Source of the DNA: an uncultured Thermoplasmata archaeon
Lineage (GTDB): Archaea; Thermoplasmatota; Thermoplasmata; Lutacidiplasmatales; UBA184
Length of the DNA: 64,000 nt
Direction of reading: 5' to 3'
Assembly (NCBI GenBank): GCA_963771555.1
Contig: CAVYTM010000003.1
Location: 392,465 to 456,464, forward strand
The number at the start of each line of letters is the position of its first letter. Position 1 is the stretch's first letter. Positions 54,906 through 64,000 of the stretch are shown here, in pieces. The notes beneath the pieces were generated by a model. That model searched no databases. It had not been told where the DNA came from and saw nothing but the letters and a program-made list of their open reading frames with translations. A program made the position numbers and the translations under genes.

Positions 54906-55746
54906 CCCGAACGCGCCCGCGCTCGTTTCGGTCGTCATCACCGTCCGCAACGAGGCCCAGCACATCGACCAGCTGCTCGACAGCCTGACGGCCCAAGAAG
55001 GGCCGCTCGAGGTCGTTTTGGTCGACGCCCAGAGCCGAGACGGAACCTTGGAGGCGGCGACGGCGTTCGCCGAACGCCATCCCGGTCTCCTCCGCGTGTT
55101 CGAGCGGCCGGGTTCGCGGGGGGTCGGTCGGAACACGGGGGTCCACGAGGCCCGCGGAGAGTGGGTCGCGTTCATCGACGGTGACTGCTTCGCCGATTCC
55201 CAGTGGTTGTCGAAGCTCCGTCGGGCGTTCGCGCGAGCGACGGTCGTCGCCGGTCGCACCGTGACCGTCGGAAAGCCGCGCTTCGGCCAGCTCGAGCGGG
55301 TCGAGCTCCTGCAGGAGGGGTACGACGTCACGTACCCATCGTGCAATCTGGCCTACCGACGCGAGCTCTTCGAGCGGCTCGGTGGATTCGACCCGCGCTT
55401 CGTCACCGCCGAGGACATCGACCTCAACATGCGCGCGGTGCTCGCGGGAGCCGCGATCTCGTACGTCCCGGAAGCGGTCGTCTACCACCACGTGCGAACC
55501 ACGTTCCTCCGATTCCTCATCCAGGCGTTCTGGAACGGCTACGGTCGAAAGCAGCTCACCGAGAAGCACGGTCGGCTGTGGAGCCGCTACCGGGTCCGCC
55601 ACTTGATCTCGGGTCAGAAGGGGGTCATGGCTTGGTTGCGGCTCACGGCCGCGCTCGCAGGGTATGCGACGCGAGTGACCACCGGGCGCGCCCGCCGACT
55701 CACGCTCGAACCGGAAGCACGGACAGGGAGCGCGAGCCGATCCTAA
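54895..55746 (+). CDS. family 2 glycosyltransferase
   Basis: 283-aa ORF with TTG start overlapping the PRC gene by 11 nt. VSVVITVRNE.., VLVDAQSRDGT and FIDGDC (DxD) motifs. Confidence 0.8.
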   Translation: MGSNPNAPALVSVVITVRNEAQHIDQLLDSLTAQEGPLEVVLVDAQSRDGTLEAATAFAERHPGLLRVFERPGSRGVGRNTGVHEARGEWVAFIDGDCFADSQWLSKLRRAFARATVVAGRTVTVGKPRFGQLERVELLQEGYDVTYPSCNLAYRRELFERLGGFDPRFVTAEDIDLNMRAVLAGAAISYVPEAVVYHHVRTTFLRFLIQAFWNGYGRKQLTEKHGRLWSRYRVRHLISGQKGVMAWLRLTAALAGYATRVTTGRARRLTLEPEARTGSASRS

Positions 55747-55765
55747 CGGGCCGAAGGCCCGGAGC

Positions 55766-56125
55766 TCAGTTCGCCTTCAGCAGGTCGGCGACCTTGACGA
55801 CCTCGGCGAGGACCTTCGTCAGGTCCGCGGTCTGGTCGACGACGGCCACGAGGAGCGCCTTCTTGCCGCTCCCGACGATGATCGTCTTCGAATCGTTCCC
55901 CTCGATGACGATCCGCTCGGGCGGGGCTCGGTTGAGCTCCGTGTTGGCGGTCGCCGCCGCGCCGAGGATGGTCGCGCACATGATCGCGAACGTCTCGGTG
56001 TAGACGCCCGCGGGCACGTCGGCGTAGAGGACGAGGCCGTCCCTCGATACGAGGGCGGTCGCGATCCCGCCGATGCGGGTCTTCAGGTCCTTTACGACTG
56101 CTCCCACGTTCCCCGTCGCCATCAT
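55766..56125 (-). CDS. Roadblock/LC7 (MglB-like) domain protein
   Basis: 119-aa ORF. GGIATALVSRDGLVLYAD...TFAIMCATILGAA...IIVGSGKKALLVAVVD pattern. Confidence 0.75.
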   Translation of the reverse strand: MMATGNVGAVVKDLKTRIGGIATALVSRDGLVLYADVPAGVYTETFAIMCATILGAAATANTELNRAPPERIVIEGNDSKTIIVGSGKKALLVAVVDQTADLTKVLAEVVKVADLLKAN

Positions 56126-56136
56126 CTGTTTCCCTC

Positions 56137-56538
56137 CTACAGCTCCTCAATCCGGAAGCGGCACTCGGAGGGCCCGGTGCTACTGCACATCTCCTCAGTG
56201 CATTTAACGCGCCCCCCCTTAAAACGTTCGTAGAACTCGCGAAGCATCCCCCGGAGCCGATGGCACGTGGGGATGTCGCTCGGGCAGACCTCGATCGAGC
56301 CCTTGACCACCACTTCGGGCTCGGAGAAGGTGATCTCCTCGACCCACCCGCGTTCTTTCAGGATATGCGCGACCCGGTCGAAATAGTGCGCCCGGTCCTT
56401 GAGCGCCTCTTCGGCCATTCCCGAGCCGATGACCGAGCCTTCCTTGAAGAACAGGCCGTGGCAGGCGTGCGACATCACGCCTTCGTACAGCTCCTTGATC
56501 TGGCGGAGCTCCGACTGGTCAACCTTCACGGATCGCAT
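56137..56538 (-). CDS. V4R (4-vinyl reductase) domain protein
   Basis: ATG 56538 inside ORF 56137..56913. C-terminal Cys pattern VCPSDIPTCHRLRGML...VKCTEEMCSSTGPSECRFRIEE is typical of V4R. Confidence 0.65.
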   Translation of the reverse strand: MRSVKVDQSELRQIKELYEGVMSHACHGLFFKEGSVIGSGMAEEALKDRAHYFDRVAHILKERGWVEEITFSEPEVVVKGSIEVCPSDIPTCHRLRGMLREFYERFKGGRVKCTEEMCSSTGPSECRFRIEEL

Positions 56539-56565
56539 GGACGGGGGCCGCACCGCCGTGCGCCG

Positions 56566-56573
56566 TATATATG
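56566..56573 (-). promoter_or_regulatory. TATA box (CATATATA on minus strand) for the V4R-Roadblock pair
   Basis: Lies 28-35 nt upstream of ATG 56538. Confidence 0.45.
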
Positions 56574-56576
56574 TTC

Positions 56577-57359
56577 TCAGTTGGTCGGCGCCGGGTCGCC
56601 ATCGCGCTCGCCTTCGGCTCCCTCGGACTCGGCGGGCGAGCCCCCGGCGGCCAGCGTCGATTCGAGGTCGTCGAGCGTGGTCAACCGCCCGGCTTGCACC
56701 TTCGGCCAGGCATCCCGGCGGTCGAGGAGAACGGCCGGAAGTCCCGCACGGGCCGCCGCGCGGACATCGCTCCAGAAGAGGTCGCCGACGTAGGCGATCC
56801 GCTCCGCCGAGGTTCCGAGCGCCTCGACGGCGGTCCGGAACGCGGCTTTGTCCGGGACCGACGGGCCCGGGCTCTCGCCCGTGGCGAGCAGCAAGGTCTC
56901 GGGAAGTCCGCACCGATGGAGAAGCCAGCGCGCCGACTCCGCCGGAAGCGGGGTCACGGCGCCGACCTTGACCGATCGCGAGCGGAGCCGTTCGAGCGCG
57001 CGCGGGACGTCCGGGTACCGTTCGACCTCACCGGCCGGTCGCAGGAACCGACGGACCACCGCCTCCGTCTCGGGCACGGGGAGCGAATGACCGGCGACCG
57101 TGGCGAGCGTGCTCGCGAGGTGGGCTCGCAGCTCGTCGACGTCGGCCGGCGACGCCTTGCCGGTGAGCCCCTGCCATCGGCGCCGGTCCCAGACCTTGAG
57201 CGCACGACGTACCGCGGCTCTCACGCGTCGCTCGCCGAGCACCGGGCCTTGGGGCTTCCACGCCCACTGCCAGGCCGCCGGCGTCTGGAACGGGATGAGA
57301 ACGTCGTCGAGGTCGAACAGGACCGCGTCGACCTCCTGCGGCCCGTAGGAAAGCGTCAC
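56577..57359 (-). CDS. HAD-superfamily hydrolase
   Basis: 260-aa ORF. Motif I VLFDLDDVL and motif IV YVGDLFWSDV. Confidence 0.8.
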   Translation of the reverse strand: MTLSYGPQEVDAVLFDLDDVLIPFQTPAAWQWAWKPQGPVLGERRVRAAVRRALKVWDRRRWQGLTGKASPADVDELRAHLASTLATVAGHSLPVPETEAVVRRFLRPAGEVERYPDVPRALERLRSRSVKVGAVTPLPAESARWLLHRCGLPETLLLATGESPGPSVPDKAAFRTAVEALGTSAERIAYVGDLFWSDVRAAARAGLPAVLLDRRDAWPKVQAGRLTTLDDLESTLAAGGSPAESEGAEGERDGDPAPTN

Positions 57360-57372
57360 GGTCGGTGCGGGC

Positions 57373-58242
57373 TCACGAGCGTCCGGTTTTCTGGAGCTCG
57401 AGGAGGTCCTCGGTGGAGACCTTCTCGCCCTTCTTCAAGCGGGCGAGGAAGTCCTCTTCCTTCGGGGGCTCGGCCTCGCCCCACGTCTGGGGGGCCCGGC
57501 CGCCGCGAGCGGCGTAGAGGAGCTTTTCGATGTCCCGGACCTCCTCGATCGCCGCGATGTGCGCCCGGTGCGCTTCGTCCGCCTGGGCCTTCACGTCGAG
57601 CAGGTGGGCCTGGACCTCGTCCGCCTGGCGACGAAGTCCGTCCACGGACTCGTAGAGCGCGACCATCGCCTCGTGTTCCTTCTGCGCGTCCTCGGCAAGC
57701 TTCCCCACGGCCGCGTGGTGGTTCTCGGCCTCGACGCGGGCCTCGGTGAACGCCTTCAGCGTCTGCTCGACCTCGGGGTCCTGCCGGAGCTGTTCGTCCT
57801 GGTCACGGATCCCGGCCTCGAGGCGCTTCATCTCCTCGATGAGCCGCTTCTCCTGTTCGCCGGTGAGGGCGGTCGTCATGTGCCGGAACTCGAGCTCCTT
57901 CAACTCCTTGCGGAGGCGCCATACCGGCACCGCTCCGGGTCTCGGTTGGCGGTTACGTTTCAATTCTTGGACGCGGTCCCCGAGCTCCTGGAGCTTTCGG
58001 TTCCACTCCTCACGCAGCCGCTTTTCCTCGCGCACCTGCGTGTTGAACGTGTCGCGCAGCCGTCGATGGTCCTGGGCTTCCGCGCTCTTGTCGTGGAGCT
58101 CGTCGAGGATCTGGGAACGGCTCTCGGCGGTCGCCCGGGCCTCCGCGTTCAGCCGGTCGCGCTTCGCGCGCGACTCGTCCGCCTTCGCGTTGGACTCCGT
58201 CCGCTTCCTTTCAAGCTCTTCGATCGCGTCGCTCAAGGCCAC
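57373..58242 (-). CDS. archaeal coiled-coil protein (COG1340-like)
   Basis: 289-aa ORF with GTG start. Almost entirely charged heptad-like sequence (E/K/R/A/L). Confidence 0.6.
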   Translation of the reverse strand: MALSDAIEELERKRTESNAKADESRAKRDRLNAEARATAESRSQILDELHDKSAEAQDHRRLRDTFNTQVREEKRLREEWNRKLQELGDRVQELKRNRQPRPGAVPVWRLRKELKELEFRHMTTALTGEQEKRLIEEMKRLEAGIRDQDEQLRQDPEVEQTLKAFTEARVEAENHHAAVGKLAEDAQKEHEAMVALYESVDGLRRQADEVQAHLLDVKAQADEAHRAHIAAIEEVRDIEKLLYAARGGRAPQTWGEAEPPKEEDFLARLKKGEKVSTEDLLELQKTGRS

Positions 58243-58297
58243 CGCTCCGCCGAGGGAACTGCGCCCGGGTCGGGGAGAGTTTCGACAGGAGTGCGCG

Positions 58298-58305
58298 ATA
58301 TAAAG
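58298..58305. promoter_or_regulatory. TATA element (ATATAAAG) in the divergent coiled-coil / HerA spacer
   Basis: The only AT-rich block in 58243..58368. Followed by the inverted repeat GGCAGGA-N10-TCCTGCC (58318..58341). Confidence 0.3.
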
Positions 58306-58368
58306 GCTTCCGAGCCGGGCAGGACGACGGTTTCTCCTGCCGCGTCAGCCTAATAACCGCGACCCTCG

Positions 58369-59919
58369 ATGAATCGCGTCGTGGACGAGGTCGGCCGCAT
58401 CTACGGCGACGTGGGACTGGGCCTGTTCCACATCAGCCTCTCGCAGCCCGTCGAGCGGGGGGACTACCTCGCCATCGACGACGAAGCCCACGGAAAGGTC
58501 CTCTGTCAGCTCGACGACCTGAAGCGGAAGAGCGACCTCGGCCTCGAGGCCGCCGGGCTCCTCAAGCCGACCGACGAGACCTCCATCCACGAAAACCTCC
58601 TGGGCGTGGCCCGGATCATCGGGTATCGGGACACCCAGGGGCTCGTGAAGCTCCCCACGATCCCGTTCCGGCCCGGCGCGCATGTCTTCCGGGCGGAAGA
58701 TCCCCTGATCGCCGAGGTGCTCGGCCTCAAGCATCGGCCCAACTCGGGCGCGTACGTCGGGATGCTGCGGAACCACACGATCCATGTCGAACTCGACATC
58801 AACGCGCTCGTCCAACGACACGTGAGCGTCCTCGCAAAGACCGGCGGCGGGAAGAGCTACCTCCTCGGGGTCCTCATCGAGGAGCTCCTGCGTCACCACG
58901 TGACCTGTATCATCATCGACCCGCACGGGGAGTACGGTTCGCTGCGGTTCGCCGCGGAGCCGAACGGCGTCCACGCGCGCTTCGGCGTCTCCGCACAGGG
59001 GTTCGCGAAGCAGCTTCAGGAGTTCTCCCCGGACGTTTCCTTGAACCCCTCCGCGAAGCCGCTGACCTTCTCCCTCCGCCACCTCGACCCGCGCGACCTG
59101 TTGGTCTTCATGGGCCTCACGAACGTGAAGACGTTCCTCGCCCCGCTGCGGCAGCTCATCGAACGGGTCAGTATCGCGAACCCCGACTTCACCATCCACG
59201 ACCTCGTGAAGGCGGCCGAATCCGGCGAGGGGAACATCGCGGAGACGCTGCACGAGCGGCTCGAGTACGTCGAGCAGACGAAGCTGCTCGGCCCGCAGGG
59301 GACGAGCTTGAACGACCTCGTCAAGAAGGGCGAGGCGACCCTCATCAACCTGCGCGGGTCCGCGCCGGACGTCCAGGAGCTCGTCGTCGCCCGGATCGCC
59401 TCCACGCTCTTCGATAATCGGAAGAAGGGGAAGATCCCTCCACTCTTCCTCGTCGTCGAGGAGGCGCACAACTTCGCCCCGCAGCAGGGTCAGGTGACGT
59501 GTTCTCGGGTCCTCAAAAACATCGCGAGCGAGGGGCGGAAGTTCGGACTCGGGCTCTGCATCGTAACGCAGCGGCCGGCCCGGATCGACAAGAGCGTGCT
59601 CTCGCAATGCAACACCCAGCTGATCCTTCAGGTGACGAACCCGCTCGACCTGAAGGCGATCACCCAGTCGATCGAGGGCCTGACGAACGGGATGACCGAG
59701 ATGATCCAATCGCTCCCGGTCGGCACGGCCCTCATCACCGGCGGCGGCTACCATACACCGCTCTTCTGCGAGGTCCGTCCGCGTTCCACGAAGCACGGCG
59801 GCGAGAGCGTCCAGATCGTCGCGAACTGGCTCAGCGCCCGCGTCGACCCGCCGGTGGGGCCAGCCCACCGTGCTCGGGAACCGTCGACCTACCCCTTCGG
59901 TGGAGCGGTCTCCAGGTAG
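58369..59919 (+). CDS. herA: HerA-type (DUF87) hexameric ATPase/helicase
   Basis: 516-aa ORF. Walker A LAKTGGGKSYL, Walker B LFLVVEEAHNFAP, and RKFGLGLCIVTQRP. Confidence 0.8.
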   Translation: MNRVVDEVGRIYGDVGLGLFHISLSQPVERGDYLAIDDEAHGKVLCQLDDLKRKSDLGLEAAGLLKPTDETSIHENLLGVARIIGYRDTQGLVKLPTIPFRPGAHVFRAEDPLIAEVLGLKHRPNSGAYVGMLRNHTIHVELDINALVQRHVSVLAKTGGGKSYLLGVLIEELLRHHVTCIIIDPHGEYGSLRFAAEPNGVHARFGVSAQGFAKQLQEFSPDVSLNPSAKPLTFSLRHLDPRDLLVFMGLTNVKTFLAPLRQLIERVSIANPDFTIHDLVKAAESGEGNIAETLHERLEYVEQTKLLGPQGTSLNDLVKKGEATLINLRGSAPDVQELVVARIASTLFDNRKKGKIPPLFLVVEEAHNFAPQQGQVTCSRVLKNIASEGRKFGLGLCIVTQRPARIDKSVLSQCNTQLILQVTNPLDLKAITQSIEGLTNGMTEMIQSLPVGTALITGGGYHTPLFCEVRPRSTKHGGESVQIVANWLSARVDPPVGPAHRAREPSTYPFGGAVSR

Positions 59920-61422
59920 CGGGTCACGAGACGGACCCCGAACGCGGTGGCCCCGACGTTCTGGTACGCAGGCTGGAACTTTCGCGTCTTCGACGTCGTG
60001 TAGGCGGGCCCTGCGATATCGAGATGCGCCCAGGGCGTGGTGCCGACGAACGATTCGAGGAAGGCGGCCGCGGTGAGCATCCCGGCGACCGGGATCTCGG
60101 TCGAGTTCCGGACGTCCGCGATATCGCTCTTCACGAGCTCGCGGTGGAAATCCGTGAGCGGCATCCGCCAGATCGGTTCCCCCGTCGCGGCCGAGGCGAG
60201 GAGCAGCCCCTGCGCGAGCTTGTCGTCGTTCGAGACGAGGCCCGCGGTGTCGTCGCCGAGCGCCATGACCTGCGCCCCCGTCAGGGTCGCGAGGTCGATG
60301 ATCTCGTCGGGCCGATACTGCTTCACGACGTAACCGAGGCCGTCCGAGAGCACGACCCGTCCTTCCGCGTCCGTGTTGAGGATCTCGATCGTCTTCCCGT
60401 TGAAGGAGCGGACCACATCGCCGGGTCGGTAGGAGCTCCCGCTCGGGACGTTCTCGGCGCAGCACATGACGCCGATCACGCGCGGGGGTACCTTGAGGGT
60501 CGCCGCGGCGCGCAGGATACCGAGGACGGCGACCGCTCCCGACTTATCGAACTTCATCTCCTGCATGCTGAGCGACGGCTTGATCGAGATGCCGCCCGAG
60601 TCGAACGTGATCCCCTTCCCGACGACCGCGACCGTCCGGCCGCGCCGGGCGCCGCCGGGGTACTCGAGGACGATCAGGCGGGGCGGGTGGGTCGACGAGC
60701 CGCTCCCGACGCCCAGGATCCCACCGCAGCCCATCTCGGCGAGCTTCTTTTCGTCGAAGACGGTGACCTTGAGCCCGAACTCCTTGCCCAGCGCCACCGC
60801 TTCCTCCGCCAGAACGCTCGGGCGAGGCGGTGTCGGCGGGCAAGTTCGCGATGTCCCGGGTCCAGACCACCACGTCGTCGAGGGTGGCCTGGGCATTCGT
60901 GACCTTCTTGAGTGCGGCCTCGTCGCGCGAGAACTCCTCGCCGAGGTGGATGCTCGCTTCCTCGATGCGGCCCTCGCTCGTGGACTTGTACTTCGTGAAC
61001 TCGTAGTTGCCGAGCACGGCCCCGTCCGTGAGAGCGGCGACCGCCGCCTCGCAGTGAACGCTGTCCGCGACGAACGAGCCCAGGCGGAACGCGACCGTGC
61101 GCGCTCCCTTCCCCTTGAAGCCGCGCACGACCTCCGCCGCGGCGCGCCGAACGGTGTCGGCGTTGAACTTGGCCCGTGGGCCGAGGCCGATGACGGCGAT
61201 GCGCCCCTTTCCGTCCGGGCGATGGAAGACCGTGAGCTCCTTGCGCTTCCCCTTGAGCTCCTTGCTCGCCCAGGCGGCCTTGATGAGCCCTCGGGTCGCC
61301 TCGTCCTCCTTCTGGAGCGTCCGAGGGAACGTGTCGTCCTTCTCCGGCCGTTCGAAGACGCCGCTCGCCGTGATATCCGCCGCGGCCGTCAGGCCGTCGC
61401 GGCGGTCGACCTGGACCTTCAT
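59889..61422 (-). pseudogene. pepA: leucyl aminopeptidase (M17), reading frame broken near 60820 as assembled
   Basis: ORF 60544..61422 is PepA-like from MKVQV.. up to ..VVWTRDIANLPADTASP. ORF 59889..60896 is PepA-like from SVLAEEAVALGKEFGL.. through VGKGITFDSGG and NTDAEGRVVLSD. Total length is 3n+1. Confidence 0.9.
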
Positions 61423-61437
61423 GGTCCCTCGGTCGGC

Positions 61438-61815
61438 CTAAAACGAGGGTCGGATCTTCTGTCGGTCGATGCGAATTCCGGCGGGCGTGATGGCGAGCAG
61501 GTTCTTGGCAATCCCAGCGACATCGCCCCCCGTATCCTTTGCGATGTTCTTGAGGTCTACACTCATCCTCTTCACCGCCATTTGGTCGTTCGCAATGGAC
61601 GTATAGTCGAGCAGAACGATGTCTCCCTGGTAGGCGAGCTTCGAGATCCCGTGCAGGTCCTCGAACCGAAGGATCTCGGCCAAACGGACCGTCCCCTTCT
61701 GTCCGGCGAGCGCGCCGGCCTCGTCCTCGAAGCTCATGCCTCCGAGGTCGAGAAACGTTCCTTCTTCCAATGTGTCGGACCCGTGGTGTCGCCGGAGAAT
61801 GCCGCTTTTGCTCAT
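61438..61815 (-). CDS. sepF: cell division protein SepF (DUF552)
   Basis: 125-aa ORF. LHGISKLAYQGDIVLLDYTSIANDQMAVKRMSVDLKNIAKDTGGDVAGIAKNLLAITP matches the SepF core. Confidence 0.75.
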   Translation of the reverse strand: MSKSGILRRHHGSDTLEEGTFLDLGGMSFEDEAGALAGQKGTVRLAEILRFEDLHGISKLAYQGDIVLLDYTSIANDQMAVKRMSVDLKNIAKDTGGDVAGIAKNLLAITPAGIRIDRQKIRPSF

Positions 61816-61867
61816 GGAGGAGTGCCCCCGCTACCGGGTGCCTCGACTGAGGGGTTGCTTCTTAAGG

Positions 61868-62656
61868 CTATGGTTCCACGACGCTGTCGACGTCCATCGG
61901 GACGCGCGTGGCCGGCGCGTCCGTGGAACGTCGCGCGAACCGCAGGCAGAACGTCACGCGATACAGGTCTTGGCCGTTCTTTCGGCCGACGAGGCTCGAG
62001 GATTCCTTGAGGCTGGCCCCGTACCGCTGCTTCGCGAGCTTCGCCACCGCCCGCGCCGCGAGCGTATCGGTGAAGAAGCAGTTCCACCCCTCGGGGAGCT
62101 CCTCCCGCCAGGAGACCGCCTTCCTCCAGTCCGGGCGCATCTCCCGTACGAGGCGGGTCCATTCCTCGTCGAGACGGGCCCTCAACGGGATCGCCTTCTC
62201 CGGTCGACCTTCGGCCGGCCCCCGCAACTGGATGGTGGCGGTGTAGTACTTCCCGCTCCGGCGGCTGCATTCGGGACAGCTCTTGTGCACTGTTCGTACC
62301 GAGAGCGGCACTTCGACCACTCGTTCGATCCCGCGGAAGCGCACCTCGGCGCGGCCGACGAACTCGCGGACCGTGGCCGTGGCCGAGGTCTCGTCCCACT
62401 GGACCCGACGAACCCCCACGTCATCGGGGACCTCGAGGAACGGCGTCAGGTCCTCGGACGTCAGGATCGCGCTCGTCCCCTGCCGGACCCAGTGCGCGCC
62501 GATCTCCCGGGCCCCGCAGTGCGGACAGAGCGTCACAAGAGCTCGCTTGGGGGCCGAGAGCAGGGTCGTCCGGTCCGCCGCGCACTGGGCGCAGACCCCG
62601 TCCACGAGCGGCCGGTCGGTCGCGCCGCAAACGACACAGAACTCCCCTTCGGTCAT
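61868..62656 (-). CDS. NMD3-family ribosome biogenesis protein (archaeal)
   Basis: 262-aa ORF. N-terminal zinc clusters CVVCG..CAQC..CPHCG and later CPECS. Confidence 0.75.
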   Translation of the reverse strand: MTEGEFCVVCGATDRPLVDGVCAQCAADRTTLLSAPKRALVTLCPHCGAREIGAHWVRQGTSAILTSEDLTPFLEVPDDVGVRRVQWDETSATATVREFVGRAEVRFRGIERVVEVPLSVRTVHKSCPECSRRSGKYYTATIQLRGPAEGRPEKAIPLRARLDEEWTRLVREMRPDWRKAVSWREELPEGWNCFFTDTLAARAVAKLAKQRYGASLKESSSLVGRKNGQDLYRVTFCLRFARRSTDAPATRVPMDVDSVVEP

Positions 62657-62731
62657 GGTCCGGACCCGTGATGAGCCGTAAGAACGGTCACTCCCCCTCG
62701 TAAGGTTCGCGGTAGGGGTGGGGGGCCTTCG

Positions 62732-63046
62732 CTAACCGACCATCGCGAAGATCTCGGCGTGCGGAACCCCGCCAAGCGTGCCCATGCCTTCCGCCGAGAC
62801 GAACCCACCCTCGACCGCGACCTTGAGCACCCGCTCGCCGAGCAGGTTCGCGATCGTGGCGCGCTGGAGTGCCCAGAGGAGCTCCTCCCGGGACACGCGC
62901 CGCTCGCCGTAGAAGTGGGCCGACACCTTGACGGTGCGGCCCTGGTCGCCGATCGGCAGGTCCCGGCCGACCAGGTCCGCGTCGCACGCGGCGACCACGA
63001 ACTCCGATCGGACCCGGTGCACGCGCATCACCACCCCATCGTCCAT
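62732..63046 (-). CDS. DUF424 family protein
   Basis: 104-aa ORF. VVAACDADLVGRDL...VSAHFYGERRVSREEL...IANLLGERV...LGGVPHAEIF pattern. GGAGG 8 nt upstream. Confidence 0.7.
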   Translation of the reverse strand: MDDGVVMRVHRVRSEFVVAACDADLVGRDLPIGDQGRTVKVSAHFYGERRVSREELLWALQRATIANLLGERVLKVAVEGGFVSAEGMGTLGGVPHAEIFAMVG

Positions 63047-63107
63047 GGCTCAGCCTCCGTTACGAAGGATGGAGAACCGGCAGGGAATAAAGCGGGTACG
63101 GCACTCG

Positions 63108-64000
63108 TTAGAACCGGACCAGCTGGAACTGATTCGGGCGAGGCTCGATGATCTCGCCCTGATTGCGCATCGTCTGGATGATCGAGTCCGCGCGCGCCGC
63201 CGAAATCCCGGCCTTCTCGGTCGCCTCGTGGTACTGCTCGATCGTGAAGACACCGCCCGCTTCGGCCTGGAGGTCCCGCATGATCCGCAGCGCGATGTCC
63301 ATGCGTTCGCGCTGGCTGTGGCTGACACCGGTCTGGGTGAGGTCGATATCGAGCTTGCCTTCGTCCGTCATCGAAACCCGCTTCAGGAAGCTGTCCATGA
63401 CGTGGATCGCCCGTTCTGCGTCCTCGACAGCAACCTCGCCCGATAGTCGGGCCTTCGCCGCTGCCTCGCTCAGTCGGACCAGCGCCTCGAGCTGGCGCGC
63501 GGTAATTGGCACCGGGGCGTTCGGCTCCTCGCCCTGGCGCCGGACCTTGACGTAGTAGTTCTCGATCGCATCGAGCGCGGGCTGGGTCAGCGTAGGGCGA
63601 ACCGTGCGGCGGGCGAATGCGATGTATTTCTTCAGGAGGTCCGGTGGGAAGGGTGAGCCTCCCGGGCCTGCGAATTCGGCGTACGTCCCCGGGTGCTCGA
63701 CCTCGCGAGCTGAAGCGAGGATCTTGTTTGCGAGAATACGATCCCGTCCCTGGTCCGGGATATCACGAATCGAAAAGATGACGTCAAAACGGGATAGGAG
63801 GGTGGGAGGGAGGTCGAGCTGCTCCGCGACGGTGCGGTCGTTCGTGAAGCGTCCCCATTTTGGGTTGGCCGCAGCGAGGACAGGACAACGGGCGTTGAGG
63901 GTCGACGTGATCCCAGCCTTGGCAATCGATACGGTGTTGTGGAGAACGAGTCCCTCGCTCACGAAGGTGTGAATAGGCTCGATGGTGACGTCGTACACCC
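63108..64000 (-). CDS. mcm: replicative helicase MCM, C-terminal part (gene continues past the right edge); contains an intein
   Basis: From T at 63935: TVSIAKAGITSTLNARCPVLAAANP..GRF and LLSRFDVIF, plus a winged-helix tail. The first 21 residues in the window are intein sequence. Confidence 0.9.
   Translation of the reverse strand, partial: VYDVTIEPIHTFVSEGLVLHNTVSIAKAGITSTLNARCPVLAAANPKWGRFTNDRTVAEQLDLPPTLLSRFDVIFSIRDIPDQGRDRILANKILASAREVEHPGTYAEFAGPGGSPFPPDLLKKYIAFARRTVRPTLTQPALDAIENYYVKVRRQGEEPNAPVPITARQLEALVRLSEAAAKARLSGEVAVEDAERAIHVMDSFLKRVSMTDEGKLDIDLTQTGVSHSQRERMDIALRIMRDLQAEAGGVFTIEQYHEATEKAGISAARADSIIQTMRNQGEIIEPRPNQFQLVRF
63936..64000 (-). mobile_element. C-terminal end of an intein inserted in mcm
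   Basis: ..YDVTIEPIHTFVSEGLVLHN followed by Thr. This matches intein blocks F/G (YD.TVE..H.F...G.lvHN) and the obligatory +1 nucleophile, directly before the MCM motif (T)VSIAKAGI. Confidence 0.8.

Overview
This is a high-GC, very gene-dense archaeal chromosomal segment made almost entirely of housekeeping genes. I ran no searches; every call rests on reading the translations and motifs. Many adjacent genes overlap by 4 nt (ATGA/GTGA). Contents include the RNA polymerase operon rpoH-rpoB(unsplit)-rpoA1-rpoA2, purS/purL/purE/guaA, alaS, a non-classical succinate dehydrogenase cluster, psmB plus aCPSF1, and a mutS-mutL operon. Also present are CDC48/VAT, a large surface glycoprotein, an orphan family-5 solute-binding protein, rpl18e-rpl13-rps9-rpoN, sepF, nmd3 and mcm. 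The gene set suggests a Thermoplasmatota-like euryarchaeon (inference only).

Three tRNA genes lie on the minus strand. tRNA-Lys(UUU) carries two introns at non-canonical positions (D-loop and T-loop), and tRNA-Gly(UCC) carries one T-loop intron. The mcm gene at the right edge ends an intein. A small PD-(D/E)xK nuclease-like gene is translationally coupled to mutS-mutL.

Four genes (purL, alaS, pepA, the surface glycoprotein) are broken by six single-nucleotide frame shifts. Most sit at 2-4 nt same-base runs (the third glycoprotein site and alaS less clearly). This looks like assembly indel error rather than biology.

I found no CRISPR array, transposase, integrase or recognisable defence island. 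No clearly novel multi-gene system is demonstrable from sequence alone; the candidates are listed with modest scores.
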